The notes under the pieces are model-generated. The model searched no databases and was not told where the DNA came from. It saw only the letters and a program-made list of their open reading frames with translations. A program made the translations under genes and the position numbers. This document shows, piece after piece, positions 13,871 to 28,947 of a stretch of DNA of 64,000 nt. The DNA is taken from contig OX597833.1 in NCBI GenBank assembly GCA_951406725.2, positions 67,022,001 to 67,086,000 on the forward strand, given 5' to 3'. Each line of letters opens with the position of its first letter. Within the stretch, counting starts at the first letter, position 1. This DNA is from Octopus vulgaris (lineage: Eukaryota).

Positions 13871-14212
13871 ACGTCTGAAATTCGTGATATTTGTTTAGAC
13901 GTTCCACGTCTGAAGTTCAGATTTCGCCTTGGTAAACTTTGATATTTTCCCCTCTGTAATCAAAGACAAACAAATACGAAGACAGTCGGCAAATAGAAAT
14001 GGCAAACGAGGGGCGCTGGATTGTCTGAATCTTTACGTTCCAAGTTAAAATTTTGCTACAACCTACCTGAATAATCCGTCAGTGGCTTTAGTGCAGGATG
14101 GAATACATCGCGGTGTCTGAACTGATGCGCTCTGATGGACCCGTGTCAGCATTTGAACTCTTTATTACTATTATTGTTGTTTTAGATGTTGGTGTTATTG
14201 ATGATGCTTTTC

Positions 14213-14790
14213 CTCATCATCATAATCATCATCATCATCATCATCATACTCATCATTATCATCATCATCATCATTATCACCATCATCATTATCATAATCA
14301 TCATCACCACCACCAACATCATCATCATCACCACCACCAGCAGCTCCAACACCGGCAGTACCACCACCACCACCACCACCACCACCACCACCACCACCAC
14401 CACCACCATCATCATCATCAATATCACCTTATCATCACCATCATCATTCTCATCATCACCTTCAGCAACATCATCATCATCATTATCATCATCATCGTCA
14501 CAACTTCATAATTATACGCCATTTCCTCATCATGATTGTCACCACAACCGCCACCGCCACCACAAACACTGCCATCACCTACATTCCCCTCCTAATCCTC
14601 CTCCTCCTCCCCATCATCATCATCATCATTATCACAATCTTGATTACTATCTGCCTTTGCCTCCTTATAGTCTTCATCATCATAATCATCATCACCACCA
14701 GCACCACCACCACCGTCACCTCAACCACCACCATCACCACCACCACCACCACCACCACCACCGCCACCACACATCACCATCGCCATCAAC
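14213..14790. repeat. (CAT)n/(CAC)n compound trinucleotide repeat
   Basis: Visible directly; the complementary (GAT/GGT)n block lies at ~15730-16260. Confidence 0.95.
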
Positions 14791-15278
14791 GTTGCGAACA
14801 TTACAATACTCAGAAGCCCTTAATCATATTCTTAGCCCCTTAACCTGCGGCGATATCCAAAATGGAGGCGGTTAAGCTGCCACTACGCTCCATGTCTCAG
14901 TATTCGTTCTACACACAGCCATCGAAAGACTTAGCCATCAATTTAGATTATTATCCCTTACCCGCAAGCACTGGTATTACATATCGTCAGAGCTACAGCG
15001 TCTGTCTGTCTGTCAGTCTTTCTCTCTCTCTCTTTCTGTATGTCTCACTCTGTTCCTGTCTCTGTATATGAATACAGACAGACATACATACGCACACACA
15101 CACACACACATGTATATAAGGTAAACAACTAATGTAACATTAGGTACATTCAGATTATATTGCTGTTACATATATTGAACAAATGGTTAAGAAATGTAGC
15201 GTTGAGTTGAATTGCAGCTGAAGATATTCACACACACACATAAACACAAGCACATACAACCACTCACGCATATGTGTA

Positions 15279-15345
<67 letters not shown>

Positions 15346-15541
15346 GTGTGTGTGTGTGTATGTATGTTTGTATGTATATATATATATAAATGTATATATG
15401 TATGAATATATATATAAATATATATGCATACATACAAGCATAGACACATACATTTGTATGCATAGGTACATACACGCAAACACACAAATAGTCACACACA
15501 TACATATGTGTATACGTATATACTTCTATGTATGTATGATG

Positions 15542-15604
<63 letters not shown>

Positions 15605-15985
15605 ATGTATGTATATATATATATATATATATATATTCTTAGCTGAAATTCAAGAGGTATGCGATATAAAATTGCCTTTGGGGTTACCATGCGATAATAG
15701 CAGGATTAAGCGTGATTCTTAAGTTGCTAATGATGATGATGATGATGACGATCACAATGATGATGATGACGATGATGATGATGACGATGATGATGATGGC
15801 GATAATGATGATGGCGATGATGAGCGTTATTCCGGTGGTGTTGGTGCTGGTGATGGGGATTATGTCCGAGAGATAGAAAATGATGATGATACACAATAAT
15901 TTATTAAATATGTTTGGTTGCGGTGGTGGTGGTGATGATGATGATGATGGTAATGATGATCATGGTGATTTTGATGATGCTTATA

Positions 15986-16017
<32 letters not shown>

Positions 16018-16302
16018 GATGATGATGATGACGAATGCGATGTTTAAAATTCACGTGTTGAGTAGAGATAATTTTGGTGGTGTTTTGTGGTTGATGATGG
16101 CGACGATAATAATTACGACACTGATAATGGCGAGGATGGCGGTGTTGATGGTGATTACTAATAATAGAATCAGTCTCGGAATTTGTGATGACGCTGATAA
16201 CGATGACGATTCTGGTGTAAAAGACGACGGCGACGACGATCATGTTGATAATGATGATAACTGTGACGTGTGTGACGTTGCATATCATTTTCAATACTAT
16301 TC

Positions 16303-16853
16303 GTCACCATGACAACGCACAAGAAACGTAACTTACCTCAAGAACCTCTGGAAGCAGAAAGCAAACTCTGAGTAGTATCTTAGAAAAGACTGCTTTCAAA
16401 TTTTGGCGTAAGTCCAACAATTTCTTGATAGGGGTCTTATTGACTACAACGGAGCCAATATTCCACTGGTACTTAATTTATCGACCTCAAAAGCATGAAA
16501 GGCAAATTTCCACTTGTTGAGTGTCGTCCAGAACGTTTGTCAATACCGACATTTTTTCGGCCATCTCGGAAACGTCTGAACCAATCGTACACTTGTGTGG
16601 AGATCATACACTCCTCTCCATACACTTTCTGCAATTTTGCTTAGGCCTGTGAGCAGGTATCACCATGACAACTTCTCTGTAATGTTTAATGCGACAATCA
16701 CATGCTACACACCTTCCTTCCAAGTACTGCTGTGGAAGAAAGTGGTTGTGAGTTAGAACGTAAAAAACGTTGTGCGCATGCACGACAGAGCTCAAGATCA
16801 ACCTTTGCCAAGCGGTTTCACTTTGCGTGCTTTAGTTTCGTTACTATGGCAAC
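16303..16853. promoter_or_regulatory. Cluster of RFX X-box motifs
   Basis: GTCACCATGACAAC (16303-16316), ATCACCATGACAAC (16659-16672, one mismatch), GTTACTATGGCAAC (16840-16853); NRF1-like TGCGCATGCA at 16773. Confidence 0.5.
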
Positions 16854-17042
16854 AATCCGAATACTTATTGATCATACCTCTTATATAGGTTTGTCTATGA
16901 AGATATATGTGTATTCATACATGCATACATGCATACATATACATACATATATACACACATAGGTACATATACATATATACACATACATATATATATATGT
17001 GTACATAATGTATATATTCATACATATATTTACTTATATATG

Positions 17043-17077
<35 letters not shown>

Positions 17078-17223
17078 CACACTTATACATATATATACGA
17101 ATATGTATATATATATATGTATATATATGTATATATGTATATATATATGTATATATAGATAGGTAGATATATAGATATGTATGAATATATGAATATATTT
17201 ATAGGTATGTATGCATACATACT

Positions 17224-17276
<53 letters not shown>

Positions 17277-17993
17277 GTATATATATATACACATATGCAT
17301 CTACATACAGACACACATACACACACACATTTAGACATTTATACATTCTCATATCTCTCTGCATCCCCCATTCCCTTCTCCTCAGCTTCCACTTCATTGA
17401 CCTAGACAATCTGACCTCTTCACAAATTGACCGTCCCATAAATCTCGTTTTTTTTTTGTTTTGCTTTATCTCTCTCTCTCTCTCTCTCTCCGTCTCTCCC
17501 TCTCTGTATCTCTCTCTCTATATCTCTTCCTCTCTGTCTCACCATAGACACATTTCTTCAGTTCCACAATGGAATCTAAAACTTGGCAAACGGCCAAAAT
17601 TCAGATCATTCTTTCAATTTTCTTCGAGCAACTCTATCGGAACCTAGCCCTGTCAAAAAGCTACATAACGTCTTATTCTTGCATACAAGTCAACGTAGCT
17701 ATGTAATGTAGACATGTAATGCATTCATTCAAACATTATCACTATCATTCCGAATACTGCTACACCCCACGTGGAAATTTGGGTCGCCAAATTCATCCTG
17801 CAGAATAAGTTGTGAGACCAAATTTTCGCTGTGATTTCTGGCCCGAAAACGTGTTTGGCGAAAACTACTTACCAAGAAGTATCAAATATTTAGATGCTAA
17901 TTAAGTAATGCGTCAAGAGCAGGTAACAAAATTAATTAAGAAAATTCGATTGAAACAGCATAGGCTAATAAATATGCTGCAATTTATTTCAAG

Positions 17994-18254
17994 GTGGAGG
18001 CACATGGCCTAGTGATTAGAGCAGCGGACTTGCGGGTTCGAAACCCAGACCGGGCGATGTGTGTGTTAATGAGCGAAACACCTAAGTTTCACTCAGCTCC
18101 AGCAGAAAGTATTGGCGAACTTCTGCTGACTCTCTCACCACAACTTTCTCTCACTCTTTCCTTCTGCATCTTGCAGCTCACCTGAGATCAACCCGCGTCC
18201 CGTTCCGCCAAGGAAACTGGGAAACCGGCCCTTACAAACAAACAAACAAACAAA
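17994..18254 (+). mobile_element. SINE family B variant with (CAAA)n tail and 14-bp TSD
   Basis: Head GGAGGCACATGGCCTAGTGATTAGAGCAGCGGACT; TSD CAATTTATTTCAAG at 17980-17993 and 18255-18268. Confidence 0.85.
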
Positions 18255-18576
18255 CAATTTATTTCAAGTGTACAGGGTGCGGCAGAAATACCTCCCACAT
18301 TTTAAACTTTCAACTATGTGTTGCTAATGAACTTATGCAAATGCCTGTGGTGTTTTAGCTAATAAGTAACAAAAAACTGTAACCCTTTGTATAAGTTAAT
18401 TTTTCATAAATGTCGTTTCTTTTTCCTTTCGTCAACCCTTAAAATGTGGAAGGTATTTCTGACGCTATACCACCACACGCACACATACACACACGCACAC
18501 ACACATACAAACACACACACAGACACAAATCTATCAATCTATCTGTCTGTTCGTCTGTCCGTTTATCCGTCCATCC

Positions 18577-18662
<86 letters not shown>

Positions 18663-18791
18663 ATACACATATACATAAATGTCTGTGTGTGTGCATAAAT
18701 GAATATATATTGTATACGTATATGTATATATATAATTATCAAAGTATATATAAATATAACTCTCTCCCTCTTTCCCCCCTCTCTCTCTATA

Positions 18792-18829
<38 letters not shown>

Positions 18830-19016
18830 ACACTCCACTTATAGTATCTCATTTGTTGTCTCACTCTGTGTGTGTGAGTGTCGCTCTCTCTCTTTCTCAA
18901 TATATATATATATATATATATAACGGGAAGCTTTATGAAAATAGACAAAAGACGAAGGCAGGTGGAAAACAAACGAACAATTAGTATGGCGCTCAGGAAA
19001 TAAAAATAAAACAAGT

Positions 19017-19052
19017 CTTTAACGTTTCGAGCCTACGCTCTTCAACAGAAAG
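19017..19052 (-). ncRNA. Minimal hammerhead-like motif, family 1
   Basis: CUUU CUGUUGA A GAGC-GUAG-GCUC GAAA C GU U AAAG; lies in a ~180-bp repeat bounded by TA-rich runs (~18921-19098). Confidence 0.6.
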
Positions 19053-19190
19053 ATACACAGAGAGAAAAAAAACACAGAAAGAAGGAGAGAAAGAATAATG
19101 TACATATATATATAAATATATGTATGTATGTGCATATATATATATACATATATATTTGTATATATGAATACATATATATGTATATATATA

Positions 19191-19222
<32 letters not shown>

Positions 19223-19381
19223 CACACACATATATATATACATATATATGTATTCATATATACAAATATATATGTATATATATATATATGCACATACATA
19301 CATATATTTATATATATATGTACATATGAATATTTATGTATATTTGTATATGTATTTCTAATTATATATACATACGTATAT

Positions 19382-19458
<77 letters not shown>

Positions 19459-19887
19459 AATTCAGGGTGAGTACTTGATAATTGTAAGCACCTGTATATA
19501 ACGTTTGGTGGTGTAGGTGGTGGAGTATGTATATATATATACATACACAAACACACACACACACACACATATGTATATATATTCGATTCGTTTTGTTTCG
19601 TTTCGTTTCTTCTTCTTCTCTAGGCTGGTTTATATATATATATATATAAATATATATATATGTACATACACATACACAGGTCCGCTGGCAGATATGTCGT
19701 ACATAAGTAAAACATGATCGCACATCGGTAGCAATGTTTTCTGACAGTCGTCCATATTGTCCAATGTGCACTTGAGTTGCTTTACAACAAAGTCCTGATA
19801 CGTTGTATTGTTTGCTGGATTTTCACAAAACCGCTATCAGACGCGAAACATAGCGAACATAAATGATATCAACCAACTGTTGTGCAA

Positions 19888-19941
<54 letters not shown>

Positions 19942-19998
19942 CACACACACATTTACGTCTGTGTGGACATTGTGCATGCATATATATCTTCATGTATT

Positions 19999-20045
<47 letters not shown>

Positions 20046-20183
20046 TTATATATATATATACATGTATGCAGTACATATCCTTGTATTTGCATTGTATGTA
20101 TATTGTATTATATTGATATTCACTTATATATACCTGCTATGTATATACGTATATATATGTATATATATATATACGGATAAATA

Positions 20184-20242
<59 letters not shown>

Positions 20243-20321
20243 ATATATATGTGTACCTATATACATTTATACATATATGTTTGTGTGTGTGTATACATAT
20301 CTAGTTATCTATCTACGCATG

Positions 20322-20417
<96 letters not shown>

Positions 20418-21458
20418 TAGATATATGTATGTATAAACGCAAGAATGAAAAGTATCATCATCCGCTCACACTCTGATAAGTTCCTTCCGTTCTGGGTTCA
20501 TTTAACAAATTTCGTCTCGTTTTTGTCTATCTTCTCCGATGCATGCCCACAAATGCACATGCGCACACATACATACTCGCATCTACTCACTCCAACGCAC
20601 ATATACACGAAACACATTCTCAAACGCATAATATTTTTGCCACAAACGCATAATATTTTTATCCCAAACGCATACACACGCACACACATCACATGGGTGC
20701 GCAGACATACGCATATTCGTATATCGACGGTTCGTTAACTCCGCTATGTTATGTATTTACATTCCTGCCGTCACCTGCGCTCTCCAACTGAGAGAAAGTT
20801 AAGCATATGTTATTATATATATACAATCTACTGAAACATTTATATTTCTTCCACAATACCCCCACAGACATACACACATTCATACATGCACACGTTCGCA
20901 CATAAATGCACCGTTTTTATCTTCTTATTTCAGAAATATCAACGTTGAAAGTTGCAGTGTATGAGTTACAATTAGCATAAAACCTAATATCTTCTTATTA
21001 AAGGCAACGAGTATCTCAATGGAATGTTTCACTGCTCTTAACTCTCTCCTGTTTTTCATTTTATGTATTTACATTTTGACAATAAACTCCGTACCAAAAT
21101 TCTACCTACATGCTTTATGTTTGCCGCGCACAGAAGCGTAAATATACGACTGATGCAAAAGGAAGCTCCGTCGGTTTTCGGCGACGACTATTTTACTTAA
21201 TAGATCGACTGAGTTGATCAGCCATTGATTCATAATTGTTTGTTTTGTAGCGAGCGAAAGCGCACGAAAGTGAGTAGAAGCGGCCGAAATGCTGCACCTC
21301 CGAAGTAACCCTAGGGTTACGTAACTCGACAGGCTGCGAAGCTCCCAGATCAGAGCTCTCTCCAAATCTTTCTATTGCTTCACCATTTTAATATAAAGGA
21401 TTTTGTTTAATAAGTCATATACTGCTTACACACACACACACACACACGCACACACACT

Positions 21459-21549
<91 letters not shown>

Positions 21550-21551
21550 GC

Positions 21552-21618
<67 letters not shown>

Positions 21619-21726
21619 GAGAGAGAGAGTTAATCTAAACATGAAAGCTCAAAAAAACGCAACAACGCGAGGACGTGGAACAAATATAGTATTATTGGAC
21701 GCTCAGGAAAGAAGGGAAGAAGGAGG

Positions 21727-21761
21727 GTTTAACGGTTCGAGCGGAGCTCTTCATTGGAAAC
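21727..21761 (-). ncRNA. Minimal hammerhead-like motif, family 1 (degenerate)
   Basis: GUUU CCAAUGA A GAGC-UCC-GCUC GAAC C GU U AAAC; flanks resemble those of the 7815 copy (GAAAAGAATCGCCAACG vs GAAAATCGCCAACG). Confidence 0.5.
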
Positions 21762-22417
21762 AGGAGAAGGAAAGATCCAGTGAACGGAAGACAGAGGAAA
21801 AGAATCGCCAACGGTACACACGCGGTCACACGTTGAAATATATATATATATACTCTTTTAATTGTTTCAGTCATTTGACTGTAGCTATGCTGGAGCACCG
21901 CCTTTAGTCAAACAAGTCGACCCAAGGACCTATTTGTTTCAGTCATCAGACCGGGACCATGCAGGGGGAACTGAATCAAACCTAATACGTATTGTTCTTT
22001 ATCAAACTGCAACTTATGCTATCCGTTTCTTTGGCCGAACTGATAAGTTACGGGGATGTAAACACACCAAATTTCGGTGGGTGGGGGTTTGACAAACGCG
22101 GAAGCAACGACACACACAGACACAGAGGGGCTCACACACATACACGTGCACACACACGCACACATAATTGTATACAACGGATTTAACAGTTCCGTTTCCG
22201 TCTACCAAACCGACAAACTAAATATTAAGAAGTCCACAGGTACAGTAGACAACAGCTCCCCAAGACGTCACACAATGGAACTGAATACGGAGCCGCGATA
22301 ATTAATGCAATCAGGGGATAATCAAATCCAAACAGGTGAGAGGCTAAACGAAAAACCACTCCGTCAGCATCAAAACAACAAGAATATGAACCAAGAAAAA
22401 AAAACATGCTCAAATGT

Positions 22418-22538
<121 letters not shown>

Positions 22539-22539
22539 G

Positions 22540-22692
22540 GTGGCTGTGTGGTAAGTGGCTTGCTAACCAACCACATGGTTCCGGGTTCAGTCCCACTGCG
22601 TGGCACCTTGGGCAAGTTTCTTCTACTATAGCCTCGGGCCGACCAAAGCCTTGTGAGTGGATTTGGTAGACGGAAACTGAAAGAAACCTGTC

Positions 22693-22770
<78 letters not shown>

Positions 22771-23000
22771 ATATGTTTGTGTGTCTGTGTTTGTCCCTCT
22801 AGCATTGCTTGACAACCGATGCTGGTGTGTTTACGTCCCCGTTACTTAGCGGTTCGGCAAAAAGAGACCGATAGAATAAGTACTGAGCTTACAAAAGAAT
22901 AAGTCCCGGGGACGAGTTGCTCGATTAAAGGCGGTGCTCCAGCATGGCCGCAGTCAAATGACTGAAACAAGTAAATAAAAGAGTAAAAGAGTAAAAGAGT
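22540..23000 (+). mobile_element. SINE family A
   Basis: Near-full copy, (AAAAGAGT)n tail; diverged minus-strand fragments at ~21852-22290. Confidence 0.9.
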
Positions 23001-23400
23001 ATATATGTGAAATATTTAGAACTTGTCAGTTCAGGGGAGAAATATAAGACATACACGATCACCTTTTATCCTAAGAAGTCATGTACATCTTAAAATCTTT
23101 ATGTATAATAAGGAGAAGTATCGGCTTACACGAAATGACAATGTCCTTCAGGATGAAAAGCAACCCACATCAGCCTCGAGTGTATTTTTGTCCTTTAAAA
23201 AGACTCTGAAAAGAGAGAAAAAAGAAAGAAATAAACAGAAATAGCTTCAAACATGGTTTCAGTATTCCTCAAGATGCATCGTATTCATGCCTCGCAACAC
23301 TAGCCTTCGCCTCCGGTTACAATCGATATACATCATCCCTTAATGGCGATATGGGTGTATGTGTGTGGGGGGAGCACGCGCATGTGTGTGTATGTACTAC

Positions 23401-23456
<56 letters not shown>

Positions 23457-23559
23457 GTATATGTCTATATATTTATAAATATATATATGCATACATATAT
23501 AAATACATAGATATGTATGTATAAAAACACAGGCAAACAAACATTTGCTTACATATATA

Positions 23560-23599
<40 letters not shown>

Positions 23600-23633
23600 T
23601 AAGTTATAAGTTATATATATATATATATGTGTG

Positions 23634-23673
<40 letters not shown>

Positions 23674-23807
23674 TATGTTCATATACATGCATATATATTT
23701 ACACATGCATATATATTTACACATGTATATATATGCATCCATATATCTGTATGTATATATGTATGTATATAGCTATCTAAATATCAATCTCTGTTCTGAG
23801 TGTATGC

Positions 23808-23840
<33 letters not shown>

Positions 23841-23854
23841 TATATATGTTTATA

Positions 23855-23908
<54 letters not shown>

Positions 23909-23912
23909 AGTG

Positions 23913-23958
<46 letters not shown>

Positions 23959-24439
23959 CCACGTTCTCGCATATATGCCTCCGTTTGTCACCAAAGCCCC
24001 TAGAATATGTGTGTGAATCCTAATTCAATATGGCGATCCATACACACGCGGTCTTTGAACAAAAACGGGGCAGGCTGCATCAATTTCAGTCACCTTTATG
24101 CACTCGGAATGCAACAGAAGAAAGAAAACAAAAAGCAAAAAAAAAAAAGGGAGCTAAAATAAATAAAACACACTCACAGAAACCATCGAAAATATCTTTA
24201 GGTCACAGTGATCTGTTTCCCTCTGTATGTATGTGTGACTCTGTGCCTGTGTGTGTGTGTGTGTGTGTGTGTGCCTCTGTGCTTCTGTGTGTGTGTGTGT
24301 GATTGTGTGACTGTTTGTGAACCTCTCAGTGTCGGTGACTTTCTGTGTGTGTACGCATCTATGTATCTATTAATTTCTCTAACTCTATATTTACATGTAA
24401 ATTTATATATATATACACACACAAATATATGTGTATATA

Positions 24440-24603
24440 GGCGCAGGAGTGGCTGTGTGGTAAGTAGCTTGCTAACCAACCACATGGTTCCGGGTTCAGT
24501 CCCACTGTGTGGCATCTTGGGCAAGTGTCTTCTGCTATAGCCCGGGCCGACCAATGCCCTGTGAGTGGATTTGGTAGACGGAAACTGAAAGAAGCCTGTC
24601 GTA

Positions 24604-24662
<59 letters not shown>

Positions 24663-24885
24663 TTGTTTGTGTGTCTGTGTTTGCCCCCCTAGCGTTGCTT
24701 GACAACCGATGCTGGTGTGTTTATGTCCCCGTTACTTAGCGGTTCGGCAAAAGAGACCGATAGAATAAGTTCTGGGCTTACAAAAAGAATAAGTCCCGGA
24801 GTCGAGTTGCTCGATTAAAGGTGGTGCTCCAGCATGGCCGCAGTCAAACGACTGAAACAAGTAAAAGAGTAAAAGAGTAAAGAGT
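24440..24885 (+). mobile_element. SINE family A, full length
   Basis: Begins GGCGCAGGAGTGGCTGTGTGGTAAG, ends (AAAAGAGT)n. Confidence 0.92.
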
Positions 24886-25225
24886 ATATACATACACACG
24901 CACACACACACGTGCGCGCGCACAAATATATTTGTAATAAAGAAGTATTATTACAGTTATTAATTATAATAGTATGGGGGCTAGCAACTTTTCAACTTTA
25001 CAGGCAAAACATAAGCTAAATTTTGATTCATTTGGGTATATATATATATGTGTGTGTATGTATGTGTGTGGGTGTGAGTGTGAAGTATACATATATACGT
25101 ATGTATATAACGTGTATAAATGCATATATATAAATACACATGTATATATGCAAATATATATATTATATAATGTCCAGCATTAATGGCGGGCATTTGAAGA
25201 GGAAATGTCCCGTAGAAGAGTCTGA

Positions 25226-25560
25226 CGGGGTTCAATCCCACTGTGTGACACCTTGGGGAAGTGTCTGGGGACGACCAAAGCTTTGTAGGTGGATCTGGTA
25301 GACGGAAGCTGAAAGGCGACCGTCGTATATATATATGCACGTGTGCGTGTGTGTGTATGTGTGTGTGTGTGTATGTCTGTATCTGTGTGTGTCTCCCTAA
25401 CATCATTTGACAACCAATTCTGGTGAAGAAGAGACCGATAGAATAAGTACTAGACTTACAAAGAATAAGTATTGGGGTCGATTTACTCGAGCAAAAGCGG
25501 TGGTCCAGCATGGCCGCAGTGAAATGACTGAAACAGGTAAAAGAATAAAAGAAGAAAAGA
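25226..25560 (+). mobile_element. SINE family A, diverged and internally deleted
   Basis: GGGTTCAATCCC..GGTAGACGGAAGCTGAAAG..GACCGATAGAATAAGTAC..CCAGCATGGCCGCAG. Confidence 0.8.
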
Positions 25561-25603
25561 ATATATATATATATAGGTATGTATGCATATACACACACAC
25601 ACA

Positions 25604-25634
<31 letters not shown>

Positions 25635-25655
25635 ATGTATGTATGTATGTGTATA

Positions 25656-25696
<41 letters not shown>

Positions 25697-26013
25697 ATAT
25701 ATATATATACATGTATAGATTCATAGATACACATACAGACATAACAATATATATCTATGTACGTATGTATGTATGTAAGTATCTTTCTATCTATATATGT
25801 AGCTGTATGCATACCTCTCCTTATTATGTATCAGCTCCGTAAAGAATTCGAGTTGTACGCATGTGCGTATCAGTATCAGTATGTGTGTATACACTTACAG
25901 ACATATGCATACATGTATATGTATGTGCGAATGTATATATGTATATATGCATATATATATACATATATATGTATGAGTACATATATACATATACCTGCAT
26001 AAATATATGTATA

Positions 26014-26089
<76 letters not shown>

Positions 26090-26428
26090 GATATATATAT
26101 ATATATATACATATGCACACTTCGCAATCCATCGGTGAAAAACTCTTTAATGATATCAACGACTTTGAAATGGCCGCTGACCGGAAATTGGAAACGGCTT
26201 CCTACTGACTCCACTCTCGGCGCTAGTTCAACATTCTTATGCGCAGTCCTACATCAAGGTGTATATAACAGCAGCAATCTCTTTTTAATTCCTTCGCTTG
26301 TTTCACACACTCGAACTGCGGATATGTTAAATTAGCAGCTTGAATAATTTCAAGGACAATAAGATATTGATATGTATATATATATATATGTATATATATA
26401 TGTGTGTGTGTGTGTGTATATGAAGTCA

Positions 26429-26740
26429 CGTGGCTCAGTGGTTAGAGCGTCGAGCTTACGATCGTGAGGTCGTGAGTTCGAATGCCGGACCGGGCTGTGT
26501 GTTGTGTTCTTTAGCATGACGCTTTATTTTTTTGCTGCTCCAGTTCGCTCAGCTGTAGAAATGAGTGGTGACGTCACTGGTGCCTAGCTGTATCGGCATT
26601 GGTGGCATGGAGAGGAGAGGCCGGTATACGAATGGGCAACTGCTGGTCTTCCATAAAACAACACTGCCCGGACTTGTGCCTGGTAGGGTAAATTCCTAGG
26701 TGAGTGTAATCCCATGTTCAGTCATGACAGAAAAGTGCCT
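26429..26740 (+). mobile_element. tRNA-derived SINE family C
   Basis: TGGCTCAGTGGTTAGAGCGTCGAGCTTACGATCGTGAGG..GAGTTCGAATGCC head; second copy at 44481-44804. Confidence 0.87.
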
Positions 26741-26745
26741 CGGCA

Positions 26746-26808
<63 letters not shown>

Positions 26809-27965
26809 CATACATGTATATACTGCCATTCAAAAACACAGATATATCACATCTAGATAGAAGCTATAGTTCGTCCGCTGGACTACTGAATAGGTTTTGG
26901 AAGCTGAATTAATATTCCAGTCTGTAAGTCGTTACGTTGAGTACGCATTATGGTGGAAGACACCTGATGTATCATTCCTTGACATCAAAACGTGATCTTC
27001 TTGACTGCGGAAGAGAGTTCTCAAAATGGCGGCCAACCTCAAGATGGAATTCGCAGACCAAATAAAACATGATCATCGGGGTATATTCAATGTATGACAT
27101 CGCAAATGTACTTCTATATTACAAGTACATTTCTAATAAGAGTACTTATTTGAATAAGAGACAGCGATATGGCTAATGTTCGATTTGACATTTCTAGCAG
27201 GTTAAAATGCTATGTTGAAGGGGCGTGAGACTCCAGATTTTATTCAGAGACGTTTGAATTGGAGATTATTAAAATCTGCAGTAAGATAGCAACAATTAAC
27301 CATACATACGCTTAACAATACGTTACCGTACAATATTATAAAATACATCAAGCAAACGAAAAGGGAAAAAATGCAAATTCATAACAAAATGGCAGAAACA
27401 GACAAGAACAAAGACAAATTTTCAAACCTACCAATTTGGAGAGAAACAGCAAACATCAAAAAAGAAGCAGAAGGAAGGAAAAAAAAAGAAGAGAATAACG
27501 GAATAACAGAATGGTTAATGCAGCGAAAATATATTACAATTCTTTAAAACTGATACAATGGTTTAGACTATTGAATAGAATATGGTGTATATTATGAGAA
27601 AGGGGATGTTAAATTTTGTATAACTATTCATATTAATATGGTATTTGTTAGCTTTCACATATTTGAGTGTGTGTGTGTGTAGTGGTGTGAGTGTGTGTGA
27701 GTGTATGTGTGTGTGTGTATGCGTGTGTTTGCATGCTTGTGTGTGTGTGTGAGTGCAAGTGTGTGTGCATGCATGTGTTCGTGTGTGTGTATAGAGATGT
27801 TAGAATATATATATGTATATGTGTATATATATATGTGTATATATATATTTGTATATGTGTGAATATATATATGTATATATATATATTTGTATATGTGTAT
27901 ATATATATATATGTGTGTGTATGTATACATATATATATATATATGTATATATATATGTATGTATG

Positions 27966-27998
<33 letters not shown>

Positions 27999-28012
27999 AT
28001 ATACATATATGG

Positions 28013-28046
<34 letters not shown>

Positions 28047-28139
28047 ACGTACACATATACACGCTATATAAACACACATACACATACACATAGAGATCTT
28101 TAAGAGGGCGGGTATATAAAAAGAGACACCTGACTATGC

Positions 28140-28185
<46 letters not shown>

Positions 28186-28623
28186 CGAAAGAGAGAGAGG
28201 GGAAAGAGAGAGAGTGAGTCGAGAGATACATGTATACATATAAGTACACATGCACACGCACACATATTTAGAAATCTGTGAGCGAGTGTGTGTGTGCTTG
28301 TATGTGTGTGTATGTGTATGTATTTATACGTGTGTGTTTGAGTTTGTGTGCTAGTATGTGTGTCTTTGTTTAATTATAATGTCTTATATTGTTCCTAGAC
28401 ACGAACCGATAAACACATTATATATTAATAAAATATATAAAAAAAATATCCTTACAAATTACTATTAAACAAATTTGTATTTATGCACATATATTAAAAT
28501 ATTGATCATATGCACACCCATACAAAACATGTATATATATCCATATGCATATAAGAGAGTATGTGCATGTATGTATGTATGTATGTATGTATGTATGTAT
28601 GTATGTATGTATGTATGTATTTA

Positions 28624-28663
<40 letters not shown>

Positions 28664-28867
28664 TATAGAAGCATACATACATTTTGAAACACACACACAC
28701 GCACGCACACACATATACACGTATATATATACGCATATGCTTACATGTATGTGTCTGTTAAAGACTTCTTTCAATGCTTGCTAAGCTGTTTTCTTGATTC
28801 TTATCAAATTAGTATGTTATATGTGCGTAAGTGCGTTCCGTAACTAATTCAATACATTAGAGGAAAT

Positions 28868-28947
<80 letters not shown>

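Noticed and set aside
14098-14875. His-rich or Ile/Thr-rich ORFs
   Set aside because: (CAT/CAC)n repeat gives long ORFs in several frames; no codon or domain evidence for a real His-rich protein.
18271-18320. TA-CAGGGTG Tc1/mariner-like terminus
   Set aside because: No matching opposite TIR or transposase found.
26429-26505. tRNA genes (also 44481, 54573, 31270)
   Set aside because: tRNA-like A/B boxes run directly into SINE bodies, some with TSDs; acceptor stems do not pair properly.
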